Both the position numbers and the translations under genes were made by a program. From Mesotaenium endlicherianum (Eukaryota), in NCBI GenBank assembly GCA_009602735.1, contig WELA01003597.1, forward strand, positions 751,157 to 815,156: a stretch of 64,000 nt of DNA. Reading direction: 5' to 3'. Of this stretch, positions 12,501 to 25,537 are shown piece by piece. Below the pieces are notes generated by a model. It made no database searches, was not told the origin of the DNA, and saw only the letters and a list, made by a program, of their open reading frames with translations. How positions within the stretch are numbered: position 1 is the stretch's first letter; each line of letters begins with the position of its first letter.

Positions 12501-15500
12501 CCTCAAGTTGCTGCGCCCCTTTGCCCTCCTCCTGCAGGATGGCCGCGAGGGCGACGGCCGTGGCCCGCTGAAGAAGCAGCGCCGCATGTCTGCACTGGGG
12601 GTTGCGGCAGCGCCGGGCGTAGGCGTGGGCGCAGGCGCGGTGGCGTTGGGGGAGGAGAGGGAGGGGGAACAGCTGCTGCTGCGGGACATTGCGGAGAGGA
12701 GGGCGGCGCGGCGGGCGGCGCGCGCCAGCGCCCTGGGCGGCCGCAAGTTCCTGTTTGCGCTGCAGGCCTTCAAGCGCAGCCGACGCTTCCAGATGCAGAT
12801 GCTGCGCCAGCGCCACCTCCGCCAGGGGGCGGCGGCTGCGGCAGCCCAGGGGGCGCGGGCTGCAGCGGCAGGAGAGGAGGAGGAGCTGGAGCTGCCAGCT
12901 GGCGCCGGCCGCCCGTGGAGCTCGGCGGAGGATGCCGTGCTGTGCGCTGCAGTGTACTCGTACGGCGACAACTGGCGCCTAGCAAGCGACGTTCTGGCCG
13001 ACATGGTGGAGGGGGGGAGGTACCAGGGGAGCATTCGACGCCCCGCGGAGTGTCGGCTCCGGTACCGAGCCCTGCTGCTGGCGCACACGGCGGCTGCGGC
13101 TGCGCCCACGTCGCCCTCTGGATTCTTCACCATCTCTGAGGTTTGCCACCTGTCCCAGCTGTGCTGTTGCGACCCCCTCAGGAGCTCGCCTCTTATAGCT
13201 GCTGCTGCGTGTGCGGAAGTGTTGGGAGGTGTTTGCCATCGAGCGAGGGGGTTGCTGCTTCAGGGGGTGATAATGCATTGTTTTTGTTCCGCGAGGGTGA
13301 CCATGCTCCTTTGGGCGGCTGGGGCTGGGGCTGGACCGCAGCCAGCGCAGGCAGAGCAGCCAGGGGTGAAGGCTGGGGGGGGCTTCTCTTGCTCTCCCTT
13401 GGCGTTGTTGGAGGTGGCGGGGGTAGCTGCTCATGCGGTCCATGCACGCATCACCTGCTGCTGGCACCGGCTGCTGAAGCCTGACTGACTGACTCACTTG
13501 CTGTCAATGCTGGAGGACGTCTCAGCTGCATTATTCTCGATGCTCTCTCTCTCTCTCTCGCGCCTCTCTGTGCTCTCCTGCTGTTCCACCCTCTGTTCAG
13601 GGCCTGCTGACCTCTCTCACCAGATGGTCGTTCTTCCTGAACTCACGCAGCCTGGTCACACTCTGCCTGTCCGTCTGTTATATCCGCGCGCTCGCAGGAG
13701 CACACGCGGAGGCTGGTGCAGGTGGCGGAGCAGGCCAGCGAGCGAGAGTGCTTCATGCAGCGCCACTTGCTCGCTCTGCTCTCCCTCCAGCCAGGAAGCC
13801 GCCTCACCAGCTGTCACAACGAGGACGACCACAGCGCTGGCCACCACCCGTACTCGACACTTGGCGGCGCAGATGACATTGACGCTGACGACGCGCTCCC
13901 AACGCAGCAGCACAGCGGGTTCATGGAGATCTCGACAATCCACGGTGCCAGCAGCACCGGTGTAGGCGCAACATCTGGCACGCCCGCCAGCCCGGCATTG
14001 CCACTTGGCATGCGGGCGAGGAGCGGGGTCCATCAAGGGAGCAGTAACGGGGGCGTGTTCGTAGCTCCCCTGCCGTTTGGGCCTGACTCTGACGCCGCCG
14101 GTCTGGTTAGACAACAGCTGGCGGCAGCAGAGCAGGAGCTGGAGCCGGGTTCCTCTTGTGCTGTGGAGGGAGAATTTGACGGTCTTTCGTTGAAGGCAGC
14201 GGCAGAGGACGGGACACAGACGCATGCGCCTCCTGGCAGACCTGGGGAGGGGCCACACGCGACTACGGAGTCTCAGCATGCCACCTCGTCGCCTTCGGGT
14301 GTGACGGATGAGTCTGCGGCAGACTTTGACGTCTCGTCGCTCTTGCTCGGCTCGCCTTCTGCCGACGGGGCAGAGGGGGATGGGGAGGACGACACCATGA
14401 CTGACGCTGCTGAGGATTTGTCAGCGGAGCCGCCTTGCTGGCAGCTTGGCAGAAGCGATGCACATGATGATGCCCCTGGCAGTGCAGCAGCAGCGCTGGT
14501 AGCGCCTGCCTCTCAAGGCCCCGCCCTTGCGGCTGCAGGCCCGGACAGGGGTGGCCTTGCTCCTCCCCCTGGTGCGGTGGGGCAAAGCAAAGAGGATGCG
14601 GTGGCACACTGTGAGGGGCCTTTCAAGATCGGCGCTGAGGCGTTGGCTGCCCCCCGCCTGAGGTGTGCAGTTTTTCCTCCTCTCCCCTCCTCGCCCGTCT
14701 CCCCTGGCTGCATGGGTCCGCTGCAGTCCCCGCTCGCCCTCGCCCCCATGCAATGCAACGTACTGTCGAGTTCGGGCCCACTTGTTTGCAGCTGTCAGCT
14801 GCCTCCTGCAGAGGGCGGGAGCACAATAGCACCACCGCACAGAGATGCAAGTTTGCAAGGTAGCAGCTGTGCAGTATCCCAGCAACAGCTGGCAGACAGC
14901 GGGGGCTGCAGGGGCCAGCTTCACATCATGATGGTGATGCTGACGATGCTTTCTCCCCCATTTCCCTCCTCGTCGGCTGCTGTGATGAGAGGTTCCTCTG
15001 TGTGTGTATATGTGTGTGTGAGTGGCTCCTCCTGACCCTACACTGGCTTGCCACAGCTGGCCCCCCATCTTTCTGCCCTGGGCTTGCCATCGGTCTGGGC
15101 TGCTGTGCTGACTCCTTGTGTGAGCTGGCATATGCTGGTCTGCTGGCGGGAACTTGGGCGGGGGGGGGGGGGGGNNNNNNNNNNNNNNNNNNNNNNNNNN
15201 NNNNNNNNNNNNNNNNNNNNNNNNNNNNNNNNNNNNNNNNNNNNNNNNNNNNNNNNNNNNNNNNNNNNNNNNNNNNNNNNNNNNNNNNNNNNNNNNNNNN
15301 NNNNNNNNNNNNNNNNNNNNNNNNNNNNNNNNNNNNNNNNNNNNNNNNNNNNNNNNNNNNNNNNNNNNNNNNNNNNNNNNNNNNNNNNNNNNNNNNNNNN
15401 NNNNNNNNNNNNNNNNNNNNNNNNNNNNNNNNNNNNNNNNNNNNNNNNNNNNNNNNNNNNNNNNNNNNNNNNNNNNNNNNNNNNNNNNNNNNNNNNNNNN

Positions 15501-17245
15501 NNNNNNNNNNNNNNNNNNNNNNNNNNNNNNNNNNNNNNNNNNNNNNNNNNNNNNNNNNNNNNNNNNNNNNNNNNNNNNNNNNNNNNNNNNNNNNNNNNNN
15601 NNNNNNNNNNNNNNNNNNNNNNNNNNNNNNNNNNNNNNNNNNNNNNNNNNNNNNNNNNNNNNNNNNNNNNNNNNNNNNNNNNNNNNNNNNNNNNNNNNNN
15701 NNNNNNNNNNNNNNNNNNNNNNNNNNNNNNNNNNNNNNNNNNNNNNNNGGGGGGGAACAGGACGGCGGCTGTCTTACAGCTGGAGGGCCGTGGTGGCCGC
15801 TGGGCAGCTTGGGCGGCCAATCCTGTGACACGCGCAGAAGTGCGACGAGTGGCTGCCGCTGTCCATCAGCGCCAAGGAGGAGGAGGAGGAGGAGGTGCGA
15901 CTCTGCTGGGAAGTGGTGCAACCGAGAAGAAGAAGAAGAAGAAGCGGCGGCGGCAAGTGCACCACCACCAGCAGCAGCAGCAGCAAGCGGCGCCCCTGCC
16001 CCTTCCTCCTGCTGCTCCCGTGTGCACAGAAATGGCCCCCGTGTCACATCGCGCACCGTCTGCTGTAGCTGCTGCTGATGGTGCTGCTGGTGATGGTGAT
16101 AGTAGTGGTGTTGGCAGCGGGGGTGGAGGGCGTGGCAGCAGCAGCAGCAGCAGCCAAGTCAGGCAGGAGGGAGAAGGGGAAGCGACGCTGAGGCAGGTGG
16201 GACAGCCTGCAGGTGATTCTTTGCAGGCTCAGAGTCACATGCCAATGCCAAGTGGCAAGCCTGGTGGTGTTCCAGGTGGCAGCAATGCTAGTGCTGCGGA
16301 AGACGCCAGTCCCACGAAGGGCCTTCCTGGAGCCTCAGGACCCGCCCTTCGCCGCTTGCCAGCAAGCAGCTCACAGCAGCCTGTCCGCCCCGTGAGCCGT
16401 CCTGGAGATTCTCCGCAGCAGCCTCCTGCTGCGCCAAGTGGCAGGTTGCAAGTGGCCCAGCCTGGTTCGCATGCTGACGGTAACCGCGAGTTCCACGGAC
16501 CGGCTGCGGGCGCCGCCTCCGGCATACCGGGTGGCGCTGCGGGAGTTGGCAGCAGACTGCCAGGTGGCCTGCAGAAGCCCGTGCGCAAGGTCAAAGGCGT
16601 GGTCCCTCGCGCAAGCGGAACGCCAGCTGTCACTGCCGCACCAGCAGGCCAGCTGCACAGCCCGCCAGCTAGGCTTGCCAGTGGTGGTCCCCACGACCCC
16701 CGCAGCATGGCCTTCGCTCCCAGACAGGTCAGCGCCAACACAAGCAAGGCAGGTGTGAGCGTCAGAGACCTGCCATATCAAAATGCAGCTCTAAGTGGAG
16801 GGGCCTTTCCGGTCGCTGGGGGGACCGCCAGGAGCTTGTCTGGCGTCCCTGACGTGCGCAGAGTGGCCCCTCCCATCGTGCCAAGTGCCGCCGCCGCACA
16901 CGCAGCCGGCTTGGGCCTCCCGCATGCCCCTGCCACAGCAAATTTCGCGCAGCTTGCTCATGTGGCGGTCCCAGCTCCAGACGCAGCAAGGGCGGAAACC
17001 GGCGGCCTTCCTCGTCCTCCTGCGCCTGCGGAGCCCTCTCCTCCGGGCGTGAAGAGAATGCAGCTCATGGGTCACACCGTCAGCGTCGCCGCACCACCAA
17101 TTGCGAGGGCGGCGGGAAGCGGACATCCACAAGCTGACGCGCAACTTCGTCATCATCATCTCCACGCCCTTGGCCCAGCGCCGGGCTTGGAGATTGGAGG
17201 AGGGGCGGGCGGGGGTCAGGCTTTTCTGCACGCCAGCCGCAACAC

Positions 17246-17277
<32 letters not shown>

Positions 17278-17774
17278 GTGCTAGCTGCAAGGCTTCCCTG
17301 GGGCGGGGTGGAAGGCAGCGTGGTGCAGGCAGGCAGGACGGGCCCTCCATCCTCAAGTACCTCCGCCCCGTTGAGGCCCAGCCTCCGCATTTCCAGCCGC
17401 AGCCGCAGCAGCAGCAGCAGCAACAGGTGGTCCAGTCACCACGAGGAGTGACGAGAGATCCGAGGAGGGCCCTGCAGCAGCTGCAACAGCAGGCAGAGCA
17501 GCGCACCCTTTTCACACAACAGGCCTCCCCAGGCCAGACTCCACGAGGGCCGGGGCGAGACAGTCCGGGGAGTGCCCCCTCCTTTGCGGGTGCCGCCGGC
17601 CAATACTGGCCCTATGCTGCTAGCACGCTGACTGCCTCCTCTCAGGCTGTGCCGGCTGCTGGGAAGTTGCCCGAGGCGACAGTAGCTGCTCCGGCTGTCC
17701 TGGCCAGCCGTCATCCGCTGCCTGACTCCAACTTGTCGGCTCCGCCGCAAGAGAAGGGCACAAGAGGACCATAG
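557..17774 (+). CDS. PIE1: SWR1-complex Snf2 ATPase, PIE1/SRCAP/Swr1-like (5'-partial, multi-exon). Exons: 557-4489 (contains false gap), 4971-5279, 5398-5526, 5751-6427, 6833-6999, 7671-7735 (4230-7927 repeated at +3699), 12052-13140, 13698-14662, 15761-17774
   Basis: SNF2_N motifs ([56 protein letters not shown]), split-ATPase insertion, DCGKLQ, Helicase_C ([42 protein letters not shown]), SGGYNTEFF, and a C-terminal Myb/SANT-like segment ([26 protein letters not shown]). All GT-AG junctions are phase-compatible. The HSA domain is not in the window. Confidence 0.95.
4230..11626. repeat. 3.7-kb direct tandem duplication (4230-7927 and 7929-11626) separated by a single N; probable assembly artefact
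   Basis: All ORFs recur identically at offset 3699; no differences seen by eye, even in introns; junction is one N at 7928 next to a (GGCCT)n microsatellite. Confidence 0.9.
11597..11631. repeat. (GGCCT)n pentanucleotide microsatellite (also 7898-7927)
   Basis: Directly visible tandem array. Confidence 0.9.
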
Positions 17775-19717
17775 CCGGGGAGGCGACTTTGGGTAAGTTG
17801 TATGTAGTGTGTAGATTGTGCCAGAATTGTGAGCGGCGATCGGTGACGACGGCAATGTCCGGCGCTACTCACGCCTCTGGTTGGCTTGAGCAAGCACATA
17901 TAGCGTCTTCTGGTAAAAGACCAATAATGGGTGCTCCGATGGCCCTTTTCGTAAGCTCCCAACATACCTGAGGTTGTTGCGCTCTCTTCCTGTGCCAATG
18001 CAACATGCATACGTCGTGTGTGTGTTACTTGCAATCTCTCTGTTGGTCCACGTGGGCACCATAGGTTGTTCGAATAGACTCACAAACAATGCTTCCGGAA
18101 ACATGGAAGCTTGGAAGGAGATCGTGCCGCGCGCAGCCGTGAGCCTTTCTGCTGTGGCATGTGCTGCCCACAATAATACACTCTATCATACTATTATAGT
18201 GTCTATAGATGCAAACGAGACCATATGATGATTCATGACAAGGACGACAGGGAAGCTAGGGCCACGATCTCTAGTGTTTCACTTGCGTTCCATCTTTCGC
18301 ATGTTCTCCTTGGAATTCCTGTGAATGGTCAAGTTGTGGCCCCAACAAATGCATGTGTGAGACACGCTCTTTCGTCCAGACAAATGTTCGAGGATTGGGG
18401 AACCTGCCAGCTCATATGAGGTCTGCAGTGCTGGTGCATACACCTTGCATGCGCAACATGCGGTGAATAAGTACACTGTGGGTCTGATATAGGACTACAC
18501 GTGCCTTCCAGGGTTTCTGAGTGGACACCTTTACACTCCTGGTTGAACATAGGGAGTGCGTTTTCCAAAGGCCATATTTTTTACCCAAGGCCAATGATGC
18601 CATGCCCACCAGCCACTCCGGCCTAAGGAGAGTTTTGGTGGAGAATGTGATCTGATCCTTGGCTAGGTTCAATTTGTGAACCATAATTGACCGTATTGTG
18701 CCAACTGTGCCTGATGTATACAGCCTTGCTTGAGTGCGCCTGTCATGATGCCATTAGTGTGAATATTGATTACACTGTTGTCGCTCTTCCCGGTCTTGAT
18801 CCTGGTGTCATTGTCGATCCGATCTCGGTTACCGATGGCAAGGTTGGTGGGGGACCATGCACGTTGGCCTTTACCTTTTTCACTCCATCTAGCTCATGCA
18901 AAGGGACGTTGATGACTAGAAGCCTGGTCATCACTGATTGTTGTCGAAGTTCGACGGAACTTTTTGCGTATTGGAACGAGATATGGGGAGTGATTGAACG
19001 TCCTTAGTTGATCTTGTTGTTTGTTTCGTGGCCATGCTGTACGGACATATTGAATTGCTCTTGCTCATTAACAAGGTCTTTCGAGACTCATTCAATTAGC
19101 TAGGTCACGCTCATATAAGGCAAGAACGTCACGCATAACAAACAACGCTGAAGAGAAAGCGTAGCTCCATGTCGATAACCACTGGAAATAATGGGACTGC
19201 AACTATCAGGTTCATTTGCCCCGTTCACATTATTGATAAGAAAAAGCATTTGATGTCTGGCTCTTTCTAGATGTATACACTAATTAGCTATAGGTCTAGA
19301 AATAGTAGGTAAGTCCGCTGAAAAGGACGTGCGCAAGCATAGCGTGTGTTGCGCAAAGCGTTTCCAAGCACAAAGGAAGCTGCAGAAGCAGCTGCTGCAG
19401 CGCCTGCAGTTATCCATCGAGCCCATAACCCCCTCCACAATCTCAGCACTTTCCGCATATGCAGGCCTCCTGGCATAGATCCAATCGACTGAGTTGCCCA
19501 GAGCCTTCCCGCAAGATTCATCAGCTGGGGAGCGAGAGAGAGCCCGTCAGCTCCCACCCAGCCTTGCTAGTGGCAGAGGCCTCTCCGAGAGCCGTCTCGC
19601 AGGCAGACGCCCGCGTGCACCCTCCAAGAGGAGTCCTCTCCAAGACCGACTGACATGTGCGCGCACCTCCCCGCCTCCGGCCCCGCAGGGCTGGCAGATG
19701 CGCGCTTTCTCGGCCGT

Positions 19718-22700
19718 TCAGTTCTTGGAGATCTGGGCGGCGAGTTCTCGCACGAGCTTGGCGGCCACCATGGCGGTCATGCCGTCCACGGTGTCCCTCT
19801 GCGGGTTCAGCTCCACCACGTCGCCGCCCACGATGTCTCCTGAAAAGCAGCACCAAGGGGGGGAGGGGGCGAGGGAGAAAACACAAGGGCATCAGCAATA
19901 CGGGAGCCCACATGCTTAAGAGAGTGTTCACCACGGCCGAGATATGCAGGAGGGCATAAGAGAGAACGAGGCAGGGAAGGGAGGGGCTCTGCAGGTTCTC
20001 CCTGTGATCTCTCAGTCCTTAAGCACAAGCGCAAGTGCCGTGCTGCCGCTTCCTTGCGCACTCAGCCTCCGCCATAGCCACCTCAGCTTCATCCTAGGAG
20101 ACTCTTCACAGTGAGGAGCGAGTAAGTCAAAGAGACACACTTTGGAAATTCTCTTCCCTAACAGCACAGACGCTGCGGCGGAGGGACCCCCCCCCCCCAT
20201 CCCCTACCCCCCCGCCGCGTGTGTCCGCAAGAAGAGGCACATAGATAAAACAGCTGGTCCAATAACTGCAGCAACAAAGGTGGACGAGGAGCGAGAACGA
20301 CAAGCAAGGAAGAGCGCCAGCACGAGAGATGCACCATTTCACAAAGGTGGACCGGAGACGCGGGGGCGGGGCATAGCATAGTATCCTTAGGGCCATGAAG
20401 GATCTCGCGCACGTTGCGGACGGCTGTCAGGCTTGAAGGTTGGGGAGCGGAGAAGCGCAAGCATAAGCACAAGCGTGGAAGCTAAGTAGGACCCTCAAGA
20501 GGCCGTGGAGGGTCTTGGGCACGCCCTCGGCAAGTTTCTGCTTCAGGGGGTAGGGGTAGGGTGTGTCGGGTGCAAGGGCACCCTTGAGGCCGTGAAGGAT
20601 GTTGAGCACGTCGCGGAACGCCAGCCCCCCGGGCTCGATGTGCGACACGCCCGGCGCAAACGCGGGGTCCAGGCAGTCCACATCGATGGACACGTACACG
20701 CCCTTCGCACCCTCGCCCAGCTCCTGCGGTGCTCCGCCGCAATGCACACACGCACTCTCGCAAGCACTCACTCGTCAACCTCTGCGGCGTGCACATGCAT
20801 GCACGTGCCCGTACGCACACACAGGTACACACCCCACCACACACGCGCATGCGCACGCACACACCCCTCCCTCCCTACGTCCATACCTCCCGGAAGTTGC
20901 AGCAGGCTCCGCTGCAGGAGGAGGCCTCTGGGCAGCTTGTAGGTGCCCGAGGAATCAGGAGAAAGGAAAACGTTATGTCAGAGTCACGGAAGCGGGTGGG
21001 CAACGCGAGGGGCTGCTGTGATGCACATGAGCAGCAGAGCAGGCCCCGGGCAGGGCGCGGTGATGACACACCCCCATGTGTTAGCCACGCTCCTGTCTAC
21101 ATCGCAAGCGTGCCTACTCCCTGCTGCGGCTGCACCTTCCGGGTCCTGCACGTTCTGCTTGCTGAGCACAACAGGAGCCGGCATGCACCACGGGTGCAGT
21201 GCAGACTCCAGTCAACGTCACAAAGGATGGAGTCCGCTCCCATATGTACCATACGTGTATATGTATGCCTCTGTATACGAAGAAGAACCTATCAGAACCT
21301 AGAGGGAGAGAGAAAGCCTGGCCCGAGAGGTAATGGCGCTCGTTGTCAGAGCACTTGCACTGCCCGCGTCCCCATCCCTGGCCAGAAGGGCCGGCAGCTG
21401 GCAGCCAGAAGGACCCTCTTCCCAGACCCTAAACTCAAACTTCAAGAACGGATTCTGATCCGAGGGGGGCACCAGGAGTGTTGGTTTGGCCTCTTCATCT
21501 CAAGCCCTGCGCCAAAACCCCTCCGTCAACCCCCTGCGACCCTGGGTCCATAGCCCCAAGCTTGCTGATCCCGCACGAGTCCCAAGAGGCGTGTGAGGTG
21601 GAGGAGGGCAGGAAGAGGGGGACGGCGAGGAGGACGAGGAGGGGCACAAGCAAGTGGAGAGCGCGCACCTTCTTGGTTCCCCCAAGGGGGCAGGGGAGGG
21701 CCGAGGCGCGGCAGGAGGAGGAGGAGGAAGGCGGGGGNNNNNNNNNNNNNNNNNNNNNNNNNNNNNNNNNNNNNNNNNNNNNNGGGGGGGAGCGTACAAG
21801 GTTCTCAAGGAGGTGGCGATCGCGGTGGAAGGTGCGCATCTCATACTGCTCCACGCCAAACTTGCGGCCCTGCGCTCGCCCCTCCTCGTTGATGGAGCGC
21901 AGCCCCACCTGGTCCCCCCCCATCCGCACCACTCCCCTCTCCTCTCCTCCCCTCAGCAACTGCCAGCTGGCGGACTGCCGAGCTGCAGCATCTGGGCAGA
22001 GAGCGTCCAAGCACAAAAAAACGCCCACAGGCAAGATGGTCCCTCATGTATGTTAAACACCAGGGCTGAGCAGCCCACTCATGGCACGACCGAACGGTCA
22101 TAAGGGAGAGCGGCGGGAGGAGGGCGGCAGAGCTTTGGGTTCAGGTTTCCTTATGGGAGGGGGGTTGGAGGGACCGCGCTGACCTGGATGAGGCGGCGGG
22201 CGTAACCGTGCTCCATGATGCGCGCGAACGACGACGCGTGCGAGAAGTAGTTGCCTTCAAAGCGGTCGTAGATGTCGGGGTGCGCGTCGATGTGCAGCAC
22301 GTCCACGGGCCCCCCCAGCGCCTCCGCCACCGCGCGCACCGACGGGAACGCAATCGAGTGGTCCCCCCCCAGCACCAGCGGCCGGAACGGCGCCTGTTCC
22401 CCCGCCGCATTTGCACGCGCACACACGTGAATATGTGGGCATGGCACGCGTGCTCTCAGTCGCTGACTAGCTGACGGCGCAAGCGGGCGGGCGCGGGCGG
22501 GCGGGCGGGCGGGCGTGGTGTCACTTCTGCTGCCCTTCAGCATTAGCCGCCTCTCTCCCGTTTGCTTGCTCGCTCGCTCGCCCGCTCATTCCTTGCTTTG
22601 TAGGCCTGTGTCTGCCCCGGCAGACAGCGGCTCCCCCTGTCTCTCTCTCTCTCTCTCTCTCTCATCTCTGGCTCTCCCATCTGCTCGTGAGTTGGTGCGA

Positions 22701-23011
22701 GATTGAGCAAGTAGCCGCATGGAGCCGCATGAATGGCGTCCTGGCATCCCCCTCTGCCCTCCTGCCAACCCTGCCTATCCCAAACCCTCTCCATGCCTGA
22801 TGCTTCCACGCGCCCTCCCCTCCCCTGCTGCTTCTTGCATTGTGTGCTCCCCACGCCCCGCCTTCCCCTCCAGCCCCCTCGTGCCCCTGGCACCCACGAC
22901 TCACGGAAGGTCAGCACACGCACATGCTCTCGTCCCCTCTAATTCTCTACCTCTCTTCTATCATGTGCGCGTGAGCGTGTGTGTGCGTGTGCATATGTGC
23001 GTGTGTGTGTG

Positions 23012-23078
<67 letters not shown>

Positions 23079-25537
23079 NNNNNNNNNNNNNNNNNNNNNN
23101 NNNNNNNNNNNNNNNNNNNNNNNNNNNNNNNNNNNNNNNNNNNNNNNNNNNNNNNNNNNNNNNNNNNNNNNNNNNNNNNNNNNNNNNNNNNNNNNNNNNN
23201 NNNNNNNNNNNNNNNNNNNNNNNNNNNNNNNNNNNNNNNNNNNNNNNNNNNNNNNNNNNNNNNNNNNNNNNNNNNNNNNNNNNNNNNNNNNNNNNNNNNN
23301 NNNNNNNNNNNNNNNNNNNNNNNNNNNNNNNNNNNNNNNNNNNNNNNNNNNNNNNNNNNNNNNNNNNNNNNNNNNNNNNNNNNNNNNNNNNNNNNNNNNN
23401 NNNNNNNNNNNNNNNNNNNNNNNNNNNNNNNNNNNNNNNNNNNNNNNNNNNNNNNNNNNNNNNNNNNNNNNNNNNNNNNNNNNNNNNNNNNNNNNNNNNN
23501 NNNNNNNNNNNNNNNNNNNNNNNNNNNNNNNNNNNNNNNNNNNNNNNNNNNNNNNNNNNNNNNNNNNNNNNNNNNNNNNNNNNNNNNNNNNNNNNNNNNN
23601 NNNNNNNNNNNNNNNNNNNNNNNNNNNNNNNNNNNNNNNNNNNNNNNNNNNNNNNNNNNNNNNNNNNNNNNNNNNNNNNNNNNNNNNNNNNNNNNNNNNN
23701 NNNNNNNNNNNNNNNNNNNNNNNNNNNNNNNNNNNNNNNNNNNNNNNNNNNNNNNNNNNNNNNNNNNNNNNNNNNNNNNNNNNNNNNNNNNNNNNNNNNN
23801 NNNNNNNNNNNNNNNNNNNNNNNNNNNNNNNNNNNNNNNNNNNNNNNNNNNNNNNNNNNNNNNNNNNNNNNNNNNNNNNNNNNNNNNNGGGGGAACCTCG
23901 GCCATGACGAGCTTGATGGCGTCGGAGATCATGCGCATCAACGGCTCGTCCGCCACGCCCGAATCGCGCACCTCCTGCACCGCCACGTCGCCGCAGTCCG
24001 ACAGCACGCGCGGGTCCTTCAGCTCCAGCCCTGCCGCCCGCCGCCCAACGACGACAATGAGAGCGCGGCCAATCAGCCCCCAACTCTCGAGCGGTCACGT
24101 GACCTGGCACTGCCGACTGCTACTGCCTTTGCCCAGCCGCCAGGGTGTTGGCCACAGGCAAGCCGTCAACACTGCCGCCCGCCGCTCGCCGCCTGCTGCT
24201 GCTTGAGTGTCCCAATACCCGATGGAGGGACACGAAGTGTTGGGGGGGGGGGGGGGNNNNNNNNNNNNNNGGGGGGGGGGGGGGCGAGCGCGTAACAGGC
24301 TGCCACGTGGCAGAGTGCTTTGTTGTACTGCGCTGAGACTTTTGAGATGGACGGGCAGGAAGGCACAAAGGGATGTAAGCCTGCCCCCCGCTGCCGATAC
24401 TTTGAGGACCCAGGCAGGGCAGCAGGCTCCTGTTCACACGCAACGCGCATCCTCTGATGGCTCCCCGGCAGCCAGCTCCTCCTCTCACTGCGCATTTTGA
24501 CGGCCCCTCCCTCTCTCAGCCACCCCGGTTGCCTGCTGTTTGTCACCCGACACCCATTACCCGTCGCCCGCCACCTGTCACCGGTCCTGAAGGGTGGAGA
24601 GGAGGGAGGGGTGGGCCCCTACCTTCCTCTGTGGTGGAGTTGGTGGACCCACACCAGATGGCCTCGCGGATGCGAGGCGGCGCAAACGCAGGGCCCTGCA
24701 GGAAGGACGAGTTGTGTCCAAGTGGCACTCCCAGGAGAGCCGCCGTGGCATGAGCCCCTCCCGCCTTCCTCACAATGTCAGCCTGCACGCATGCACGCGC
24801 GCATCCCGCCCAGCATAGCACGCGATCTTGTGAGACAAAACCTGCCCCTCGTCCACAGCTCAGACATCCATCTCCAAAGCTGATCACAACAATACGGCTG
24901 CCCCAGAGCACCAACAGCTGTACTGCTCCTGAGTACCTCTACTTTTCTCGTCAAATTTGACCTTGACGCGCTCAACCACTAAGTGGAGGCAAAGACCTTC
25001 ACACACATCTGAAGGTGGCTGAAGGAGACGAGTCTGCTCTACAGTACTGCTCTGAGTGCGTTCTGCGCCAGCCCTGTGAAGCTTGTGCAAAGGGCCCTTA
25101 CTTTTTGCTTCTGCCTGCTCCAAGCAGGTCCTCAGATAATACAGCCTCCATACTTATCAATGCCGCATGCAAATGCACATGCATGCATGCGAGTGAATGT
25201 CAAACTGGCTGGCGACCCCCCCCAAATGATCAGCAAGTAGGCAAATATGAGGCCTGTAGTACAACCAAACGATCAATCCTGTCACCGGAATGAAGTCGAA
25301 GACCACTGCAATAACTTTCAGAAATCGCCTCGCACATCTCTCTAGCTCACAGTGCAGCATTGTCCTTCGCGTGAGTGATCACAGCCGAGTACAAGTCGAG
25401 TTCAATACCTTGTACTTTGCTCGTTCTCTCACTAGCGTGAGGCAAGCCTCCACTATGCGGTCCTGTCCGACCGTGCCATAGCGACGGTGACAGACCTTCC
25501 TGGAACCTGCAGCTACATGCTTCAAGGTGCTCAGCAT
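19718..25537 (-). CDS. ARGAH: Arginase (plant ureohydrolase family, ARGAH-like), 335 aa. Exons 25537-25409, 24782-24623, 24030-23897, 22393-22184, 21908-21798, 20723-20582, 19839-19718
   Basis: LLGVPLGHNSSFLQGPAFAPPRIREAIWCGSTNS, LVLGGDHS, HIDAHPDIY, SHASSFARIME, SIDVDCLDPAFAPG, VVELNPQRDTVDGMTAMVAAKLVRELAA. Mn-binding residues are intact. Exons sum to 1008 nt with consistent phases. Basic N-terminus is compatible with mitochondrial targeting. Confidence 0.96.
22975..23078. repeat. (TG)n microsatellite running into an assembly gap (arginase intron)
   Basis: Directly visible. Confidence 0.9.

Noticed and set aside
18400..19040. Possible decayed retroelement (KGKG-containing and protease-like stretch on the minus strand)
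   Set aside because: No D(S/T)G, CCHC, RT or integrase motif and no LTR/TSD visible.
22947..24295. Long ORFs spanning N-gaps (also about 15000-15800, 42000-42600, 45600-46600, 54200-56100)
   Set aside because: Length arises from Ns and dinucleotide repeats.
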